A DNA stretch of 64,000 bases from Candidatus Aenigmatarchaeota archaeon (GTDB taxonomy: Archaea; Aenigmatarchaeota; Aenigmatarchaeia; CG10238-14; SCSR01). The translations under genes were made by a program, and so were the position numbers. Location of the stretch: contig JAVZHQ010000001.1 in NCBI GenBank assembly GCA_038998335.1, forward strand, positions 32,001 through 96,000, written 5' to 3'. Below the pieces are notes generated by a model. That model did no database searches. It saw only the letters and a list, made by a program, of their open reading frames with translations, and was not told the DNA's origin. This document shows positions 19,034 to 29,187 of this stretch, piece by piece. Each line of letters starts with the position of its first letter. The first letter of the stretch is position 1.

Positions 19034-19229
19034 GCTTGTAAAAAGTCCCTTTTTTGTCTTTTATTATCTCTATTTTTCCCTCTCTTCCTAACCATCCTAA
19101 AGCTCCATAAACTTCGTTTAACTTTAGCTTACTTTCCTTTGCTATCATGTTAGCCGTTAAAGGTCCTTTAGAGTTTAAAACATGCCAGACTTTTCCTGCG
19201 TTAACACCAAAAACTTCCTCAGGCTTCAT
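19026..19229 (-). CDS. Small winged-helix protein (DUF2582-like)
   Basis: FGVNAGKVWHVL...ALGWLGREGKI signature. Confidence 0.8.
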   Translation of the reverse strand: MKPEEVFGVNAGKVWHVLNSKGPLTANMIAKESKLKLNEVYGALGWLGREGKIEIIKDKKGTFYKLI

Positions 19230-19233
19230 AAAA

Positions 19234-19995
19234 TTAGGTTTGGTTTCCTATAAAATAAATTTTTTCATTCTTGAAAGGATCAAAAAGTATTTCCTTTAGC
19301 TTTTCTTCATCTTTTTCAAGAAGTTTTAATGGATTTTCTTTTTTCTTTAATCTTTTCATGAAGGAAAAAGTGCAGTTTCTGAAATTTGGGTTTGGTCTTA
19401 TTTCCAACTTATTCTTTGTAAGGAAAAGATGAAAGGGGAATCCTTTGTTTTTAATAGAAGAATAATCATGACCAGCAACTTCTGGGTAAAAAGTAGCAAA
19501 AAGAGTATCCTTCTTCCAGCAAACTGTTCTATGGTAAAATTTTGGATGAACAAAAATGGAATCTTTTTCCTTAAGTTTTATTATAAAAGTTTTGAAAGTT
19601 TGTTTTTCGGTTAGGATAAGAAAGCAATCATTTTTAATTATGTAGTAAGCCTCACCGCAATAAGTTTCATGAGCATGCCCATAGGTTGAGAAGAGTTCCC
19701 CTTCTTTAGACTCAGAGTAAACCCCAAACTTGAGTAAAGTTAAGTCGGAAGCGATTCTAGTTTTCTCAAAAATTTTTTTAAAAGTTTCTAAACTCTTCCA
19801 TAAGTTGTATTGTTCATAGACTATCAAATCCCCTTTAATTCTCAACATTTTTTCTGCATTCTTCAAATCAAGAATAACCTTATCTTGAATCAGTTGAGAA
19901 GCAAACCTTTTCCATCCTTCAACTTTTTGTCTAAAACTTAAAGTTAACCTATTATCTTTTTCTTTTAACTTAAACCCAAAATCTAACTTTGCCAT
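19234..19995 (-). CDS. Cupin-type glucose-6-phosphate isomerase family protein
   Basis: SDLT, ELFSTYGHAH, EAYY, HRT, AGHDYSSIKNKG; sits in a sugar metabolism cluster. Confidence 0.7.
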   Translation of the reverse strand: MAKLDFGFKLKEKDNRLTLSFRQKVEGWKRFASQLIQDKVILDLKNAEKMLRIKGDLIVYEQYNLWKSLETFKKIFEKTRIASDLTLLKFGVYSESKEGELFSTYGHAHETYCGEAYYIIKNDCFLILTEKQTFKTFIIKLKEKDSIFVHPKFYHRTVCWKKDTLFATFYPEVAGHDYSSIKNKGFPFHLFLTKNKLEIRPNPNFRNCTFSFMKRLKKKENPLKLLEKDEEKLKEILFDPFKNEKIYFIGNQT

Positions 19996-20028
19996 AATTT
20001 AAAATTGTCAAGAATTAAAATAAATCAT

Positions 20029-21300
20029 ATGAGCTTAGCAATTTATGTTCCTTGGCTTCATATGCATCAACCTTTAATTTGGTTTAAAACTAACCAAGAA
20101 GAAAAGTTAATAAGCAACTTGGAAAAAATGCTTCTTTCTCAAGATACAAGAGAAAGTTGGGATGCTAAGCTTATAGCAAGAGCTTACAAAAACCCTGCAA
20201 AATACTTTAAACAACTTAAAGAAGAAGGATATAAACCAAGAATAATCCTTGACTTTTCTGGAATCCTACTAGAAAGTTTAGAAGAACTGGGAAATAGAGG
20301 AATTTTGGACCGAATAGAAGTTGAAGGAGAAAAGGTAGGAAATATAATAGAAATTTACAAGGAAGTTTTTAGGTTTGACGGAATAGAAATAGCAGGTTCA
20401 GCTTATTCTCATTGCTATTTTCCTGCAACTCCCGAAGAAGATTGGAACTTGCAAGTTGAAGAATGGAAAAAAACTTTTGAAAGAATTTTTGGAAAGAAAT
20501 ATTTAGAAAAAGTGAAAGGATTTTGGCTTCCTGAATTAGGCTTGCCAGCTTTTGAGGATAGAGTCTATAAACTTTTGAAAGTTTTGGAAGATAACGGTTA
20601 TGAATGGCTTATCTTGCCTTTACAAGCAGTCGAGAATTATGAAAACTTAAGTTATGAAGAAAGGATAAGAATAGCTTGCCAGCCACACATGCTTAAAATA
20701 AAAGACATTTCCTTTAAAGTGATTTTCAGGTTTCCAAGCTATATAATAGACCAGCAAGCTGGCTGTAACGCTGAAGAAGTTTATAAAAGAGCTTTTCAAA
20801 CCGCAAAAATTTTTAGAAAATTCAGTGAAAAACCTGCTTTAATAGTTCCGGCAAGCGACGGGGAAAACGGCAACGTTATGATGAATGAATTTTTCCCCCA
20901 AACTTTCATTCCATTTTTTAAAGAAAAAATTGATCAAAAAGTATCTTCACTAACAATTTCTGAATTTCTTGAAGAATACTATAAGAAAATTAAAGATGAG
21001 ATAAGAGTGAAAACCTTAGGAGCATCTTGGATTAATGGTCATAGGCTTTGGCTCGAGGGTACAAAAAAACTAGAAATTGCAAACAAAATAGCAAGCTTGA
21101 GTAAAAGATTTCATAAGTTAAAAGAAAAAATTGATAAAAAGAGTTCAGAAGAAATTAAGAAATTATTATTGATAGCAGAAACATCTTGCTATGTTTACTG
21201 GGGGACTGATTTTTGGTATAACCAGGGAGAAAAAACTATAAGAATAATAGAGGAAAAGCTTAAAAATCTTGAAAAAATTTATATGGGGAATAAAGTTTAA
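20029..21300 (+). CDS. Glycoside hydrolase family 57 protein
   Basis: LHMHQP, DFSGILL, HCYFP, GFWLPE, SDGENG, AETSCYVYWG. Confidence 0.88.
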   Translation: MSLAIYVPWLHMHQPLIWFKTNQEEKLISNLEKMLLSQDTRESWDAKLIARAYKNPAKYFKQLKEEGYKPRIILDFSGILLESLEELGNRGILDRIEVEGEKVGNIIEIYKEVFRFDGIEIAGSAYSHCYFPATPEEDWNLQVEEWKKTFERIFGKKYLEKVKGFWLPELGLPAFEDRVYKLLKVLEDNGYEWLILPLQAVENYENLSYEERIRIACQPHMLKIKDISFKVIFRFPSYIIDQQAGCNAEEVYKRAFQTAKIFRKFSEKPALIVPASDGENGNVMMNEFFPQTFIPFFKEKIDQKVSSLTISEFLEEYYKKIKDEIRVKTLGASWINGHRLWLEGTKKLEIANKIASLSKRFHKLKEKIDKKSSEEIKKLLLIAETSCYVYWGTDFWYNQGEKTIRIIEEKLKNLEKIYMGNKV

Positions 21301-21323
21301 TATATTAATATCGGGGTTAAAGA

Positions 21324-22493
21324 ATGAGGATTGCTTTCTTTTCTTGGGAATCGCTGCATTCGATTCCGGTAGGAGGAATAGCAGTTCATGTAACTGAGCT
21401 TGCGGCAGCACTTCAAAGAAGAGGGCATGAGGTTCATGTTTTCACAAGAATAGGACCGAATCAGCAAATTTATGAATGTATAGATGGTGTGCATTACCAT
21501 AGATGCCCTTTCAACTTTCATTCTGATTTCATTCAAGAAATGCATAACATGAGCAAGTCTATGGTCCATTATTTCTGCGAAACAGAAAATTATGTAGGAA
21601 ATTTTGATATAGTTCATGGTCATGACTGGCATGTTGTCAGCGCTTTAGACGAGATTAAAAAAATAAGAAATAAAAAAATAGTCTGGACTTTACATTCAAC
21701 TCAGTTTGGAAGAGATGGAAATCATTTTCATGACGGTAAGGCAAACGATATAAAAAATATAGAATGGTACGGAACCTATATAGCTGACAGGCTAATAGTT
21801 TGTTCCCAAACTATGAAAAATGAAGCTCAATGGGTTCATAGAGTTCCTGAGTGGAAGATCAGGGTTATACATAATGGAATTTCTGCCCATAAGTTCAATG
21901 GTTTTATAGACCCTTGGAATGACGTGAAGAAAAGGTATGGAATAGGACCTTTAGATCCTGTTGCTGTTTTCATCGGAAGAATGACCTATCAAAAAGGTCC
22001 TGATTTGCTTATGGAAGCTATTCCTGATGTTTTAAACTCTTTCCCAAACGCAAAATTTTTCTTCGTAGGTGATGGTTACATGAAGTCTCAAATAGAGCAT
22101 AGAGCAAGAGAGCTAAATGTTTCCCATGCAATAAGATTTACTGGTTATGTTTCAGAGGAAGAGAAAATGAAGATTCTAAAAGCTTGTGATTGCGTTGTTG
22201 TTCCTAGCAGGAATGAACCTTTTGGTATAGTAGTTTTAGAAGGATGGGCAGCAGGAAAACCAGTAATAGCTACTCATGGAACAGGAGCAGGAGAAATAAT
22301 TTGGCATGAAGTTACAGGGCTAAGAGTTTATCAAGCTCCCAATTCAATTGCTTGGGGGATAAAATATATTTTCTCAAACTTCGAAAAGGCAAGGTGGATG
22401 GGAGGTAACGGAAGAAAAGCAGCAGAGGAAGCTTTTAGCTGGGATAGGATAGCTTATTACACGGAGCAAGTTTATAAGGAGTTAGTAGGATAG
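21324..22493 (+). CDS. GT4 glycosyltransferase (glycogen synthase-like)
   Basis: WESLHSIPVGGIAVHV, HGHDW, QKGPD, SRNEPFGIVVLE. Confidence 0.9.
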   Translation: MRIAFFSWESLHSIPVGGIAVHVTELAAALQRRGHEVHVFTRIGPNQQIYECIDGVHYHRCPFNFHSDFIQEMHNMSKSMVHYFCETENYVGNFDIVHGHDWHVVSALDEIKKIRNKKIVWTLHSTQFGRDGNHFHDGKANDIKNIEWYGTYIADRLIVCSQTMKNEAQWVHRVPEWKIRVIHNGISAHKFNGFIDPWNDVKKRYGIGPLDPVAVFIGRMTYQKGPDLLMEAIPDVLNSFPNAKFFFVGDGYMKSQIEHRARELNVSHAIRFTGYVSEEEKMKILKACDCVVVPSRNEPFGIVVLEGWAAGKPVIATHGTGAGEIIWHEVTGLRVYQAPNSIAWGIKYIFSNFEKARWMGGNGRKAAEEAFSWDRIAYYTEQVYKELVG

Positions 22494-22559
22494 TTTTTTA
22501 ATTGACCGATAAATTTAAGTAAGGGTTAAAGTAATTTGGTATTATTACAAGGTGAAAAA

Positions 22560-22781
22560 ATGAAATGTTGGTTTTGTGAAAAGGACGCTCGCGGAGTATG
22601 CATAGTTTGCGGAAGAGCGGTTTGCTACGAGCATGCTGACAAGCTAGATCAGTTTACACATGCTAAAAGTGATACTTGTTCTGGATTTGCGAGTTATGAA
22701 AAAGGTTTTAATGTTTTGAAGTGTAGAGAATGCAAGCTAGAATGGGAAAGTTGGGAACAAGGGAAAAGGATAATCAAGTAA
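22560..22781 (+). CDS. Small Cys/His-rich zinc-finger protein
   Basis: CWFC..CIVC..CYEH..CREC; GGTGA RBS before ATG 22560. Confidence 0.7.
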   Translation: MKCWFCEKDARGVCIVCGRAVCYEHADKLDQFTHAKSDTCSGFASYEKGFNVLKCRECKLEWESWEQGKRIIK

Positions 22782-22784
22782 AAT

Positions 22785-23831
22785 TTAAAATAAACCCAAA
22801 TATTTTCCTGCTATTATAAACATAGCATGACTCCAAGCCAAAGGAATTATAGAAGCTGGCTTACCATTTTTAATTTGTTCTGGTAGCTTTTCTTCAACCC
22901 TTTCTAAAACCCAGTTAAAATACTCTAAAGCTTTAACTCTATTTCCAGCTAAGCAAAAATAAATAGAAAGCCAAAAGTTTAAAACAGGCCAAGCTCCCCC
23001 TTCTTTTCTTCTTAAATAGCCTGCGTACTTATCTCCCTTATAACGCATAATTCCTTTTCCTTCTGTTGAGTTTTCTTCTATTATTTTTTCTACAGTAGAA
23101 ACAATTCTAGAGTCTTTCGCGTCAAAAACTTGAGAAGGCCAAACTAGGCCTAGTAAAGAAGAATCTACAATTTTATCTTTTTCTGAGTTAAACTTTCTAA
23201 CAAAACATTTACTTTCTTCATCATAAGCTCTTTCTATTCTTGCTCTCATTTGTTTTAGGCATTCTTCCCACCTTTTGTTCGGGCCAATTAGCTTTAAGGC
23301 ACACTCTAAACCTTTAATACACATAGCTAAAGAATAAGTAAAGTTTTCCTGTTTTTTTGGCGTAGCAACCCTTTCTTCCCATAAGTCATAATGTCTTTTG
23401 AAGCAACTTCCTTTCCATGAATTACAAATTCCCTCAGCAATTCTTTTGGCTAATTCGTTAAATTGGTTAGTTGAAAAAATCTCAGAATGATTATAAATTG
23501 CCCAGAGCAAGGTTCCTAGTTGGTCGGGCTGAAATTGCCTTCCATACATCTTTCCACTAGGATAATATCGCATGTAAAAAATTCCCTCTTCTTTAAATCT
23601 TTCAGCCTCCCAGCACCACTCGAAAAATTTTTCAGGAATTTTCTTGATTTTTAGCAAATCACAAGCATAACACACAAAGCTTGCATCCCTAGGCCAAACA
23701 TAAAAGTAATTTTTTACACCTTTTGGATAGTCTGGGTCATAAATGTTAGAAGCAACTATCGCTCCATTTCTCAAAGAGCATTCTTTAAAAACCTCTATAC
23801 TTCTTTTAAAAATTCTTTCAACTTTATCCAT
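22785..23831 (-). CDS. GH15 glucoamylase-like glycoside hydrolase
   Basis: GAIVAS, YFYVWPRDAS, QPDQ, DLWEE, DSSLL, LPEQ, PLAWSHAMF. Confidence 0.9.
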   Translation of the reverse strand: MDKVERIFKRSIEVFKECSLRNGAIVASNIYDPDYPKGVKNYFYVWPRDASFVCYACDLLKIKKIPEKFFEWCWEAERFKEEGIFYMRYYPSGKMYGRQFQPDQLGTLLWAIYNHSEIFSTNQFNELAKRIAEGICNSWKGSCFKRHYDLWEERVATPKKQENFTYSLAMCIKGLECALKLIGPNKRWEECLKQMRARIERAYDEESKCFVRKFNSEKDKIVDSSLLGLVWPSQVFDAKDSRIVSTVEKIIEENSTEGKGIMRYKGDKYAGYLRRKEGGAWPVLNFWLSIYFCLAGNRVKALEYFNWVLERVEEKLPEQIKNGKPASIIPLAWSHAMFIIAGKYLGLF

Positions 23832-24747
23832 ATTCTTTCCTTACTATTCCCTCAACATCTTTTCTTGTTGGAAATCTTTCATCACCAAACCTTGAGATAG
23901 CAAAAGAAGCTAACGCATTTCCATAAATTCCAGCTTTTTCAATTTTTTTGTGTTTCAAATAACCAAAAACAAAACCTGCGTTAAAAAAATCACCTGCTCC
24001 TGTAGGGTTTATCGCTTTAGTTTTTATAGCACTAATCCTAAAAGTTTTCTCATGGTTAGAAACTAGACATCCTTTTTCTCCTAATTTCAAAGCAACATTT
24101 TTACAACCAAAGCTTAAAATTTTTTCAACAATTTTTTCTTCATCTTTTTCTTTTGTTAAAATTTTTCCTTCTTCAAAATCTGGGAAGAAAAAATCAACAA
24201 ATTTCAAGTTGTTCTTTAGTTCTCTTAAATCGCAGTTTATTCCACTTTTTAAGTCAGGCTCTAAGCAGGTTATCATTCTTTTTTCTTTTGCATAATTTAA
24301 AACTTTTCTTACATCTTTTTGAAAACTTTTCTGTAGATTGTAGCCTCCAATGTACAAAACATTTCCTTTTATTTCTTTAAATTTAAAATCTTTCAAGGAA
24401 AACAAAGAGTTCGTTCCTCTAAAAGTTAATAAAGAGCGTGAGCCGTCTTTAAAATGAATTCCTATACTTATTCCTGTCTCTTTGCTTATTCTTTTTATTC
24501 TGCTTTCAACTCCAAACTTTTTGATCTCTTTTGCAACAAACTCTCCAAAAAAATCATTTCCAACTAAACCGATAAACCTTGTTTTTACCCCAAGCTTAGA
24601 AATTGCCATAGCAAAGTGAGCAGATCCTCCTCCAACTTCAAGTTTAGCACAATCTATCAAAACTTGAGAATCTTTTTTTGGATATTTTTCTATAGGAGAA
24701 GTCAAAACATCAACATTTATATCACCAATAACAGTTACTTTAGCCAT
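23824..24747 (-). CDS. PfkB-family carbohydrate kinase
   Basis: GGGSAH, GLVGNDFFG, KLGEKG, NPTGAGDFFNAGF. Confidence 0.9.
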   Translation of the reverse strand: MAKVTVIGDINVDVLTSPIEKYPKKDSQVLIDCAKLEVGGGSAHFAMAISKLGVKTRFIGLVGNDFFGEFVAKEIKKFGVESRIKRISKETGISIGIHFKDGSRSLLTFRGTNSLFSLKDFKFKEIKGNVLYIGGYNLQKSFQKDVRKVLNYAKEKRMITCLEPDLKSGINCDLRELKNNLKFVDFFFPDFEEGKILTKEKDEEKIVEKILSFGCKNVALKLGEKGCLVSNHEKTFRISAIKTKAINPTGAGDFFNAGFVFGYLKHKKIEKAGIYGNALASFAISRFGDERFPTRKDVEGIVRKEYG

Positions 24748-26071
24748 ACACTTCCCTTAATTTTTCCTTTATAAAATCTGAGTATTTTTTTACTAACTTT
24801 TTTAATCTTTTCTCATTTTTTGCTTCAACACAGAGATTAATTTCTGGCATAGTTTGACTTGCTCTAATTAAAACCCATTCATCTTCGCTTAAATCTATCT
24901 TAACACCATCCATAAGGTTTAAGGCATTTGGAAATTCTGATTTTATTTTCTCTATTACCTTTATCTTTTTTTCATCGTCATCTGCGTTGATGTATATTTT
25001 TTCAGTGGGATTAAGCTTGATTTTATCAACAAAATAAGAAAGTTTTTTCTTACTTTCATTCAACACTTTTACCATTAATAAAGTAGCAAGTATTCCGTCT
25101 GAAAAAGGATAGAATTCGTTAAAGTAGAAATGCGAACTTTGCTCTCCTGCAAAGATTGCTTTTTCTTCTACACATTTTCTTTCTATAAAACCATGACCAA
25201 CTCTCCACCATATAAGCTTTCCTTTCATTTTTTCTACTATTTTTTTAAGCTTGCTTGCACAATCTGCCGTGAGAATTACTTTCCCCTTCTTCTTTTTTAG
25301 AAAGTTTTTAACAAAAATTGCGCTTACTATACTTCCGTTTAATTCTCTGCCTTTATCATCAACAAAAATGCTTCTGTCTGCATCGCCGTCGAAAGCAACT
25401 CCAAACAAAGGCTTTTCTTCCTTAACTCTTTGAATAAGAAGCTTTAGATTTTCCCCTTTGGGTTCAGGTCTTTCAACACCATAAAAGTCTTTATCAGGAT
25501 TTTCATGTAAGCCTATAACTTCAAGCCCAAAATCTTTAAACAAAGAATTTGCAAGTGTTCCTGCCCCACCAAAAAATTCAACTACTATTTTCCCTTTCAA
25601 TTTTCCTATTCTTTTAAACAAAAAGTTCTTGTAGTCTTCTATAGCATTTCCATACTTTAAAACACTTCCTTTTCCTTCCAAAAAATTTTTTGAATCAAAA
25701 ATTCTTTCTATTTCTTTTATTTCTTCAAGAAAGCTTGTACCATCTGGTTTAATCATTTTAAAGCCGTTCCACTCCTTTGGGCTATGGGAGCTTGTAATCA
25801 TGCAACCAAAAGTTTTGTTCTTCCAGCAATAAAAATAAGCTACAGGATTAGGAACCATTCCTAAGGAAATTACTTTACAGCCAGTAGAAACTAGGCCAGA
25901 AGAAAACTTTTCAAACAAGGCAGGAGAAGAGGCTCTTGTATCATAGCCTATAGCAACACTTTCCTTTCCTTTTAAAAAAGTTCCTAGGGCTTTACCGATT
26001 TTAAAAGCAGTTTCTTCTGTTAAATCTTTTCCGTATATTCCGCGAATATCGTAAGCTCTAAAAATTCCCAT
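24740..26071 (-). CDS. Phosphoglucomutase/phosphomannomutase
   Basis: FRAYDIRG, ITSSHSP phosphoserine loop, DGDADR, GEQSSH, RASQT. Confidence 0.92.
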   Translation of the reverse strand: MGIFRAYDIRGIYGKDLTEETAFKIGKALGTFLKGKESVAIGYDTRASSPALFEKFSSGLVSTGCKVISLGMVPNPVAYFYCWKNKTFGCMITSSHSPKEWNGFKMIKPDGTSFLEEIKEIERIFDSKNFLEGKGSVLKYGNAIEDYKNFLFKRIGKLKGKIVVEFFGGAGTLANSLFKDFGLEVIGLHENPDKDFYGVERPEPKGENLKLLIQRVKEEKPLFGVAFDGDADRSIFVDDKGRELNGSIVSAIFVKNFLKKKKGKVILTADCASKLKKIVEKMKGKLIWWRVGHGFIERKCVEEKAIFAGEQSSHFYFNEFYPFSDGILATLLMVKVLNESKKKLSYFVDKIKLNPTEKIYINADDDEKKIKVIEKIKSEFPNALNLMDGVKIDLSEDEWVLIRASQTMPEINLCVEAKNEKRLKKLVKKYSDFIKEKLREVYG

Positions 26072-26113
26072 ATATTTTAAGTATAAAAACAATAAAATAA
26101 TTTTTAAGGTTTT

Positions 26114-27637
26114 ATGATGGAGAATAAAATTCTTCCAAATCTGGAAAATTTAATAATGGTTACCCCTGAGTTAAAAAGTTTTAAGTCAAAGGTTGGTGGT
26201 TTAGGAGATGTAGCAGAAGAGCTTAGTAAAGCTTTAGCAGACTTAGGAATTAAGGTAACAATCGTAAGCATTCTTTACAAAAAAGCTAGAAAAGAAGTTG
26301 AGGAAAACGGAAAAATTGTTATAAAAACTTTTGATGCAGATTATTCTGATTTGCCTATAGAAGACACAGGTAAGGAAGTTGAGGTTGATGTGGCAGGAGA
26401 AAAAGTTGTTGCAAAAATAAAAAAGTCAAAAGTAGGAAATGCAGATGTTATTTTTCTTGAAAACGGAAAGTATGGTGAGCTAGTTTATGGTGGAGATTTG
26501 CTAAAACAAGCAATCTTCATAGGAAGAGGAACCTTAGAAGCCTTGAGAGTTATGGGGATTAAGCCAACAATAATTCACATGCATGATGGTTTAACTGGTT
26601 TAGTCACTTTTCTTAGAACTGACGAAAGGTATTCGAAAGATGAGTTTTTAAACAAAGCAAAACTCGTTTTTACTGTTCACAACGCAGGCTATGCTTATCA
26701 GCAAATTTTCGATGCTAACAGGTTTGACGAGCTTGGCATAGATAGAATACACTGGGATGGTATAGTTTGGAATGGTAAGATAAATTTAACTTATGCTGCT
26801 TTGTTCCATTGTCAAAAATGTAATACTGTAAGTAAAGACTATGCTTTAACTTTAAGGAGCGATGGTGAAGGCCTAGGACCTATGTTTAGGAAAAAGGATA
26901 TAATAGGAATAGTTAATGGTATCGATGTAGAATACTGGAAGATAAAAAGAGAGAAAAGAGAAGCGAAGCTAGAGCTGATAAAAACTATGAAAAAATATGG
27001 AGTAAGCCTTAACCCAAACAAGTTTACAATAGTTATCCCAAGAAGGATAAGCTACCAAAAAGGTTGGGATACCGTTCTAAAAATTTTGAAAGAAATAGTG
27101 AAAGAAAGAAGTGAAGGAGGTTTGGGAGCACAACTAATTATTCTTGGAAGAGCTCATGAAAACGATCCTTTGGGTCAAGAATGGGTAAGAGAGTTTAAAA
27201 GATTAGTAAAAGAGTTAAAAAATAACTTTGTTTTCATCAATACTTTTGACCAATCTCTTGCAAAATTAATGTACGAAGGTGGAGACCTTTTACTTTACCC
27301 TTCTCTTCCTGATAAAGAGCCTTGTGGTACTGGCTATATGATAGCAATGGTAAACATGACACCAACGGTTGGAACAGATACTGGCGGATTAGTAGAGGTT
27401 ATAGAAGAATTTGACCCAGAAACTTTAAGAGGGAATGGTTTTAAAGTTCCAAAAAAAGAATACTCGCCAGAAGCTTTTTATGCAAAAATTTCTAAGGCTA
27501 TTGAGATATTTCTTTTCTATCCTCAAAAATGGAAAAAACTAATAGAAAATTGTATGAAAACTGATGTAAGCATGGAAAAAGTTGCAAAGGAATATGTTTA
27601 CAGAATTTATAAACCTGTTCTTGAAACAGAAATTTAA
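26114..27637 (+). CDS. glgA: Glycogen/starch synthase (GT5)
   Basis: KVGGLGDV, HMHD, FTVHN, GIVNGID, QKG, EPCG, TGGL. Confidence 0.85.
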   Translation: MMENKILPNLENLIMVTPELKSFKSKVGGLGDVAEELSKALADLGIKVTIVSILYKKARKEVEENGKIVIKTFDADYSDLPIEDTGKEVEVDVAGEKVVAKIKKSKVGNADVIFLENGKYGELVYGGDLLKQAIFIGRGTLEALRVMGIKPTIIHMHDGLTGLVTFLRTDERYSKDEFLNKAKLVFTVHNAGYAYQQIFDANRFDELGIDRIHWDGIVWNGKINLTYAALFHCQKCNTVSKDYALTLRSDGEGLGPMFRKKDIIGIVNGIDVEYWKIKREKREAKLELIKTMKKYGVSLNPNKFTIVIPRRISYQKGWDTVLKILKEIVKERSEGGLGAQLIILGRAHENDPLGQEWVREFKRLVKELKNNFVFINTFDQSLAKLMYEGGDLLLYPSLPDKEPCGTGYMIAMVNMTPTVGTDTGGLVEVIEEFDPETLRGNGFKVPKKEYSPEAFYAKISKAIEIFLFYPQKWKKLIENCMKTDVSMEKVAKEYVYRIYKPVLETEI

Positions 27638-27660
27638 TTTATTAAACAAAAATAAAATTT

Positions 27661-28905
27661 ATGAGAATTGCAATATTTTGTTGGGAATTCTATCCAAGGC
27701 TTGTAGGTGGCTTAGGGACTTATGCAGTAGAAATCTCAAGAAAATTTGAGGAAATGGGAAATGAAGTAACAGTTTTTACCTTGAATGATGGTACTTTAAA
27801 AACAAAAGAAGAATGGCAAGGAATAGAAATTCACAGGCCATTAATCCTTGACGTTAGCGATATTTTTCCTTTCATAGTTACCGAAGATTTAAAAAAATGG
27901 GGAACTTCAATAAAACTTTTTTCTGACATTTTTGCTTACAACTTGCTTTCAGCAACAAAGTTTGTGAATTTCTGTATAAAGAAAGAGAAAAGAAAGTTTG
28001 ATATAGTAGCAATTCATGACTGGCTTTCTTCAATTACAGGCTTAGCAATAAGGAAAGAAATAGGAAAAATTCCAATAGTTTTTCATCTTCATTCTGTGGA
28101 AGAACAGAGAAGCTTAGGTTCCGGTTCAGAAGTTGTGAAATATCTTGAAAAAACAATGGCTCAAAAAGCTGACAAAATAATTACTGTTTCAAACTCCATG
28201 AAAGAGTTCTTGATAAAACTTGGTTATCCTCAAGAAAAAATAGTAGTATGTTATAATGGTTGCGACCCAGAAAAATATAACCCAAAAAAAGTGAAGAAAG
28301 AGAAGCTGGAAAAGTTGAAAGAATATTACGGAATAAAAGAAGGAGAAAAAATGATATTTTTTATAGGAAGGTTGACTTGGGTAAAAGGGATAAAAAATCT
28401 TATAAAAGCTATGCCAATTGTTCTAAAAGATTTTCCTGAATCTAAGCTAATAATCCTTGGTAAAGGTGAAGAATATTCTGAGCTTGTCGAGCTTTCAAAA
28501 AAGCTTGGTATTAGCGATAAGGTAAAAATTCGCTCAGAATGGGTTTCTGAAGAAGAAAGAATTTTACACTATGCTTTAGCTGATGTTTGCGTTTTTCCTA
28601 GTATAAGCGAGCCTTTTGGTATAGTAAGTTTAGAAGCTATGGCAATGGAAAAACCAGTAGTTGTTGGGGCGGCAGGAGTTTCTGGGTTAAGGGAACAAGT
28701 AATTCCTTCTGGTAAGGAGAGAACAGGTACTCATGTGAACGGAGAAAGTCCAGAAGATATAGCTTGGGGGATAAAGGAAACTTTTAAGAATTTTGAAGAA
28801 GCAAAAAAATGGGGGAAAAACGGAAGAAAAAGAGTTTTAAAAGAATTTACTTGGAGCATAGCTGCTAAAAATACTTTAAAGGTTTATGAAAGTCTTGTTA
28901 AATGA
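27661..28905 (+). CDS. GT4 glycosyltransferase
   Basis: WEFYPRLVGGLG, HDW, VKG, SEPFGIVSLEAMA. Confidence 0.9.
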   Translation: MRIAIFCWEFYPRLVGGLGTYAVEISRKFEEMGNEVTVFTLNDGTLKTKEEWQGIEIHRPLILDVSDIFPFIVTEDLKKWGTSIKLFSDIFAYNLLSATKFVNFCIKKEKRKFDIVAIHDWLSSITGLAIRKEIGKIPIVFHLHSVEEQRSLGSGSEVVKYLEKTMAQKADKIITVSNSMKEFLIKLGYPQEKIVVCYNGCDPEKYNPKKVKKEKLEKLKEYYGIKEGEKMIFFIGRLTWVKGIKNLIKAMPIVLKDFPESKLIILGKGEEYSELVELSKKLGISDKVKIRSEWVSEEERILHYALADVCVFPSISEPFGIVSLEAMAMEKPVVVGAAGVSGLREQVIPSGKERTGTHVNGESPEDIAWGIKETFKNFEEAKKWGKNGRKRVLKEFTWSIAAKNTLKVYESLVK

Positions 28906-28906
28906 A

Positions 28907-28969
28907 TTACCAGTCTTCTTCCTCTTCTTCGTCAAAATCTTCTAAAGGATCCCATTGGTCTTCTTCCAT
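28907..28969 (-). CDS. Putative 20-aa acidic micropeptide
   Basis: ATG...TAA encoding MEEDQWDPLEDFDEEEEEDW, with AGGA upstream; abuts the stop of the convergent GT4 gene. Confidence 0.45.
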   Translation of the reverse strand: MEEDQWDPLEDFDEEEEEDW

Positions 28970-29026
28970 CCTAATCCTAATAAATTATAAATAATTAAAT
29001 ATAAATAATTTATTATTAGTGAGAGA

Positions 29027-29155
29027 ATGGCTTCCTTAGCAGTAGACGACGAGCTTCACAGAAGACTTAAGATAAAATGTTCAGAGATGGGTTTAAAGAT
29101 AAAGGATGTTGTAAATCAATTAATAGCAGATTGGCTAAAAAAACATGAGAAGTGA
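29027..29155 (+). CDS. Ribbon-helix-helix protein (ParG/CopG-like, 42 aa, not in ORF track)
   Basis: MASLAVDDELHRRLKIKCSEMGLKIKDVVNQLIADWLKKHEK matches the RHH strand-helix-G-helix pattern. Confidence 0.75.
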   Translation: MASLAVDDELHRRLKIKCSEMGLKIKDVVNQLIADWLKKHEK

Positions 29156-29187
29156 AAATTATTTTTAGGTTAAAAATTAAATAAAAA

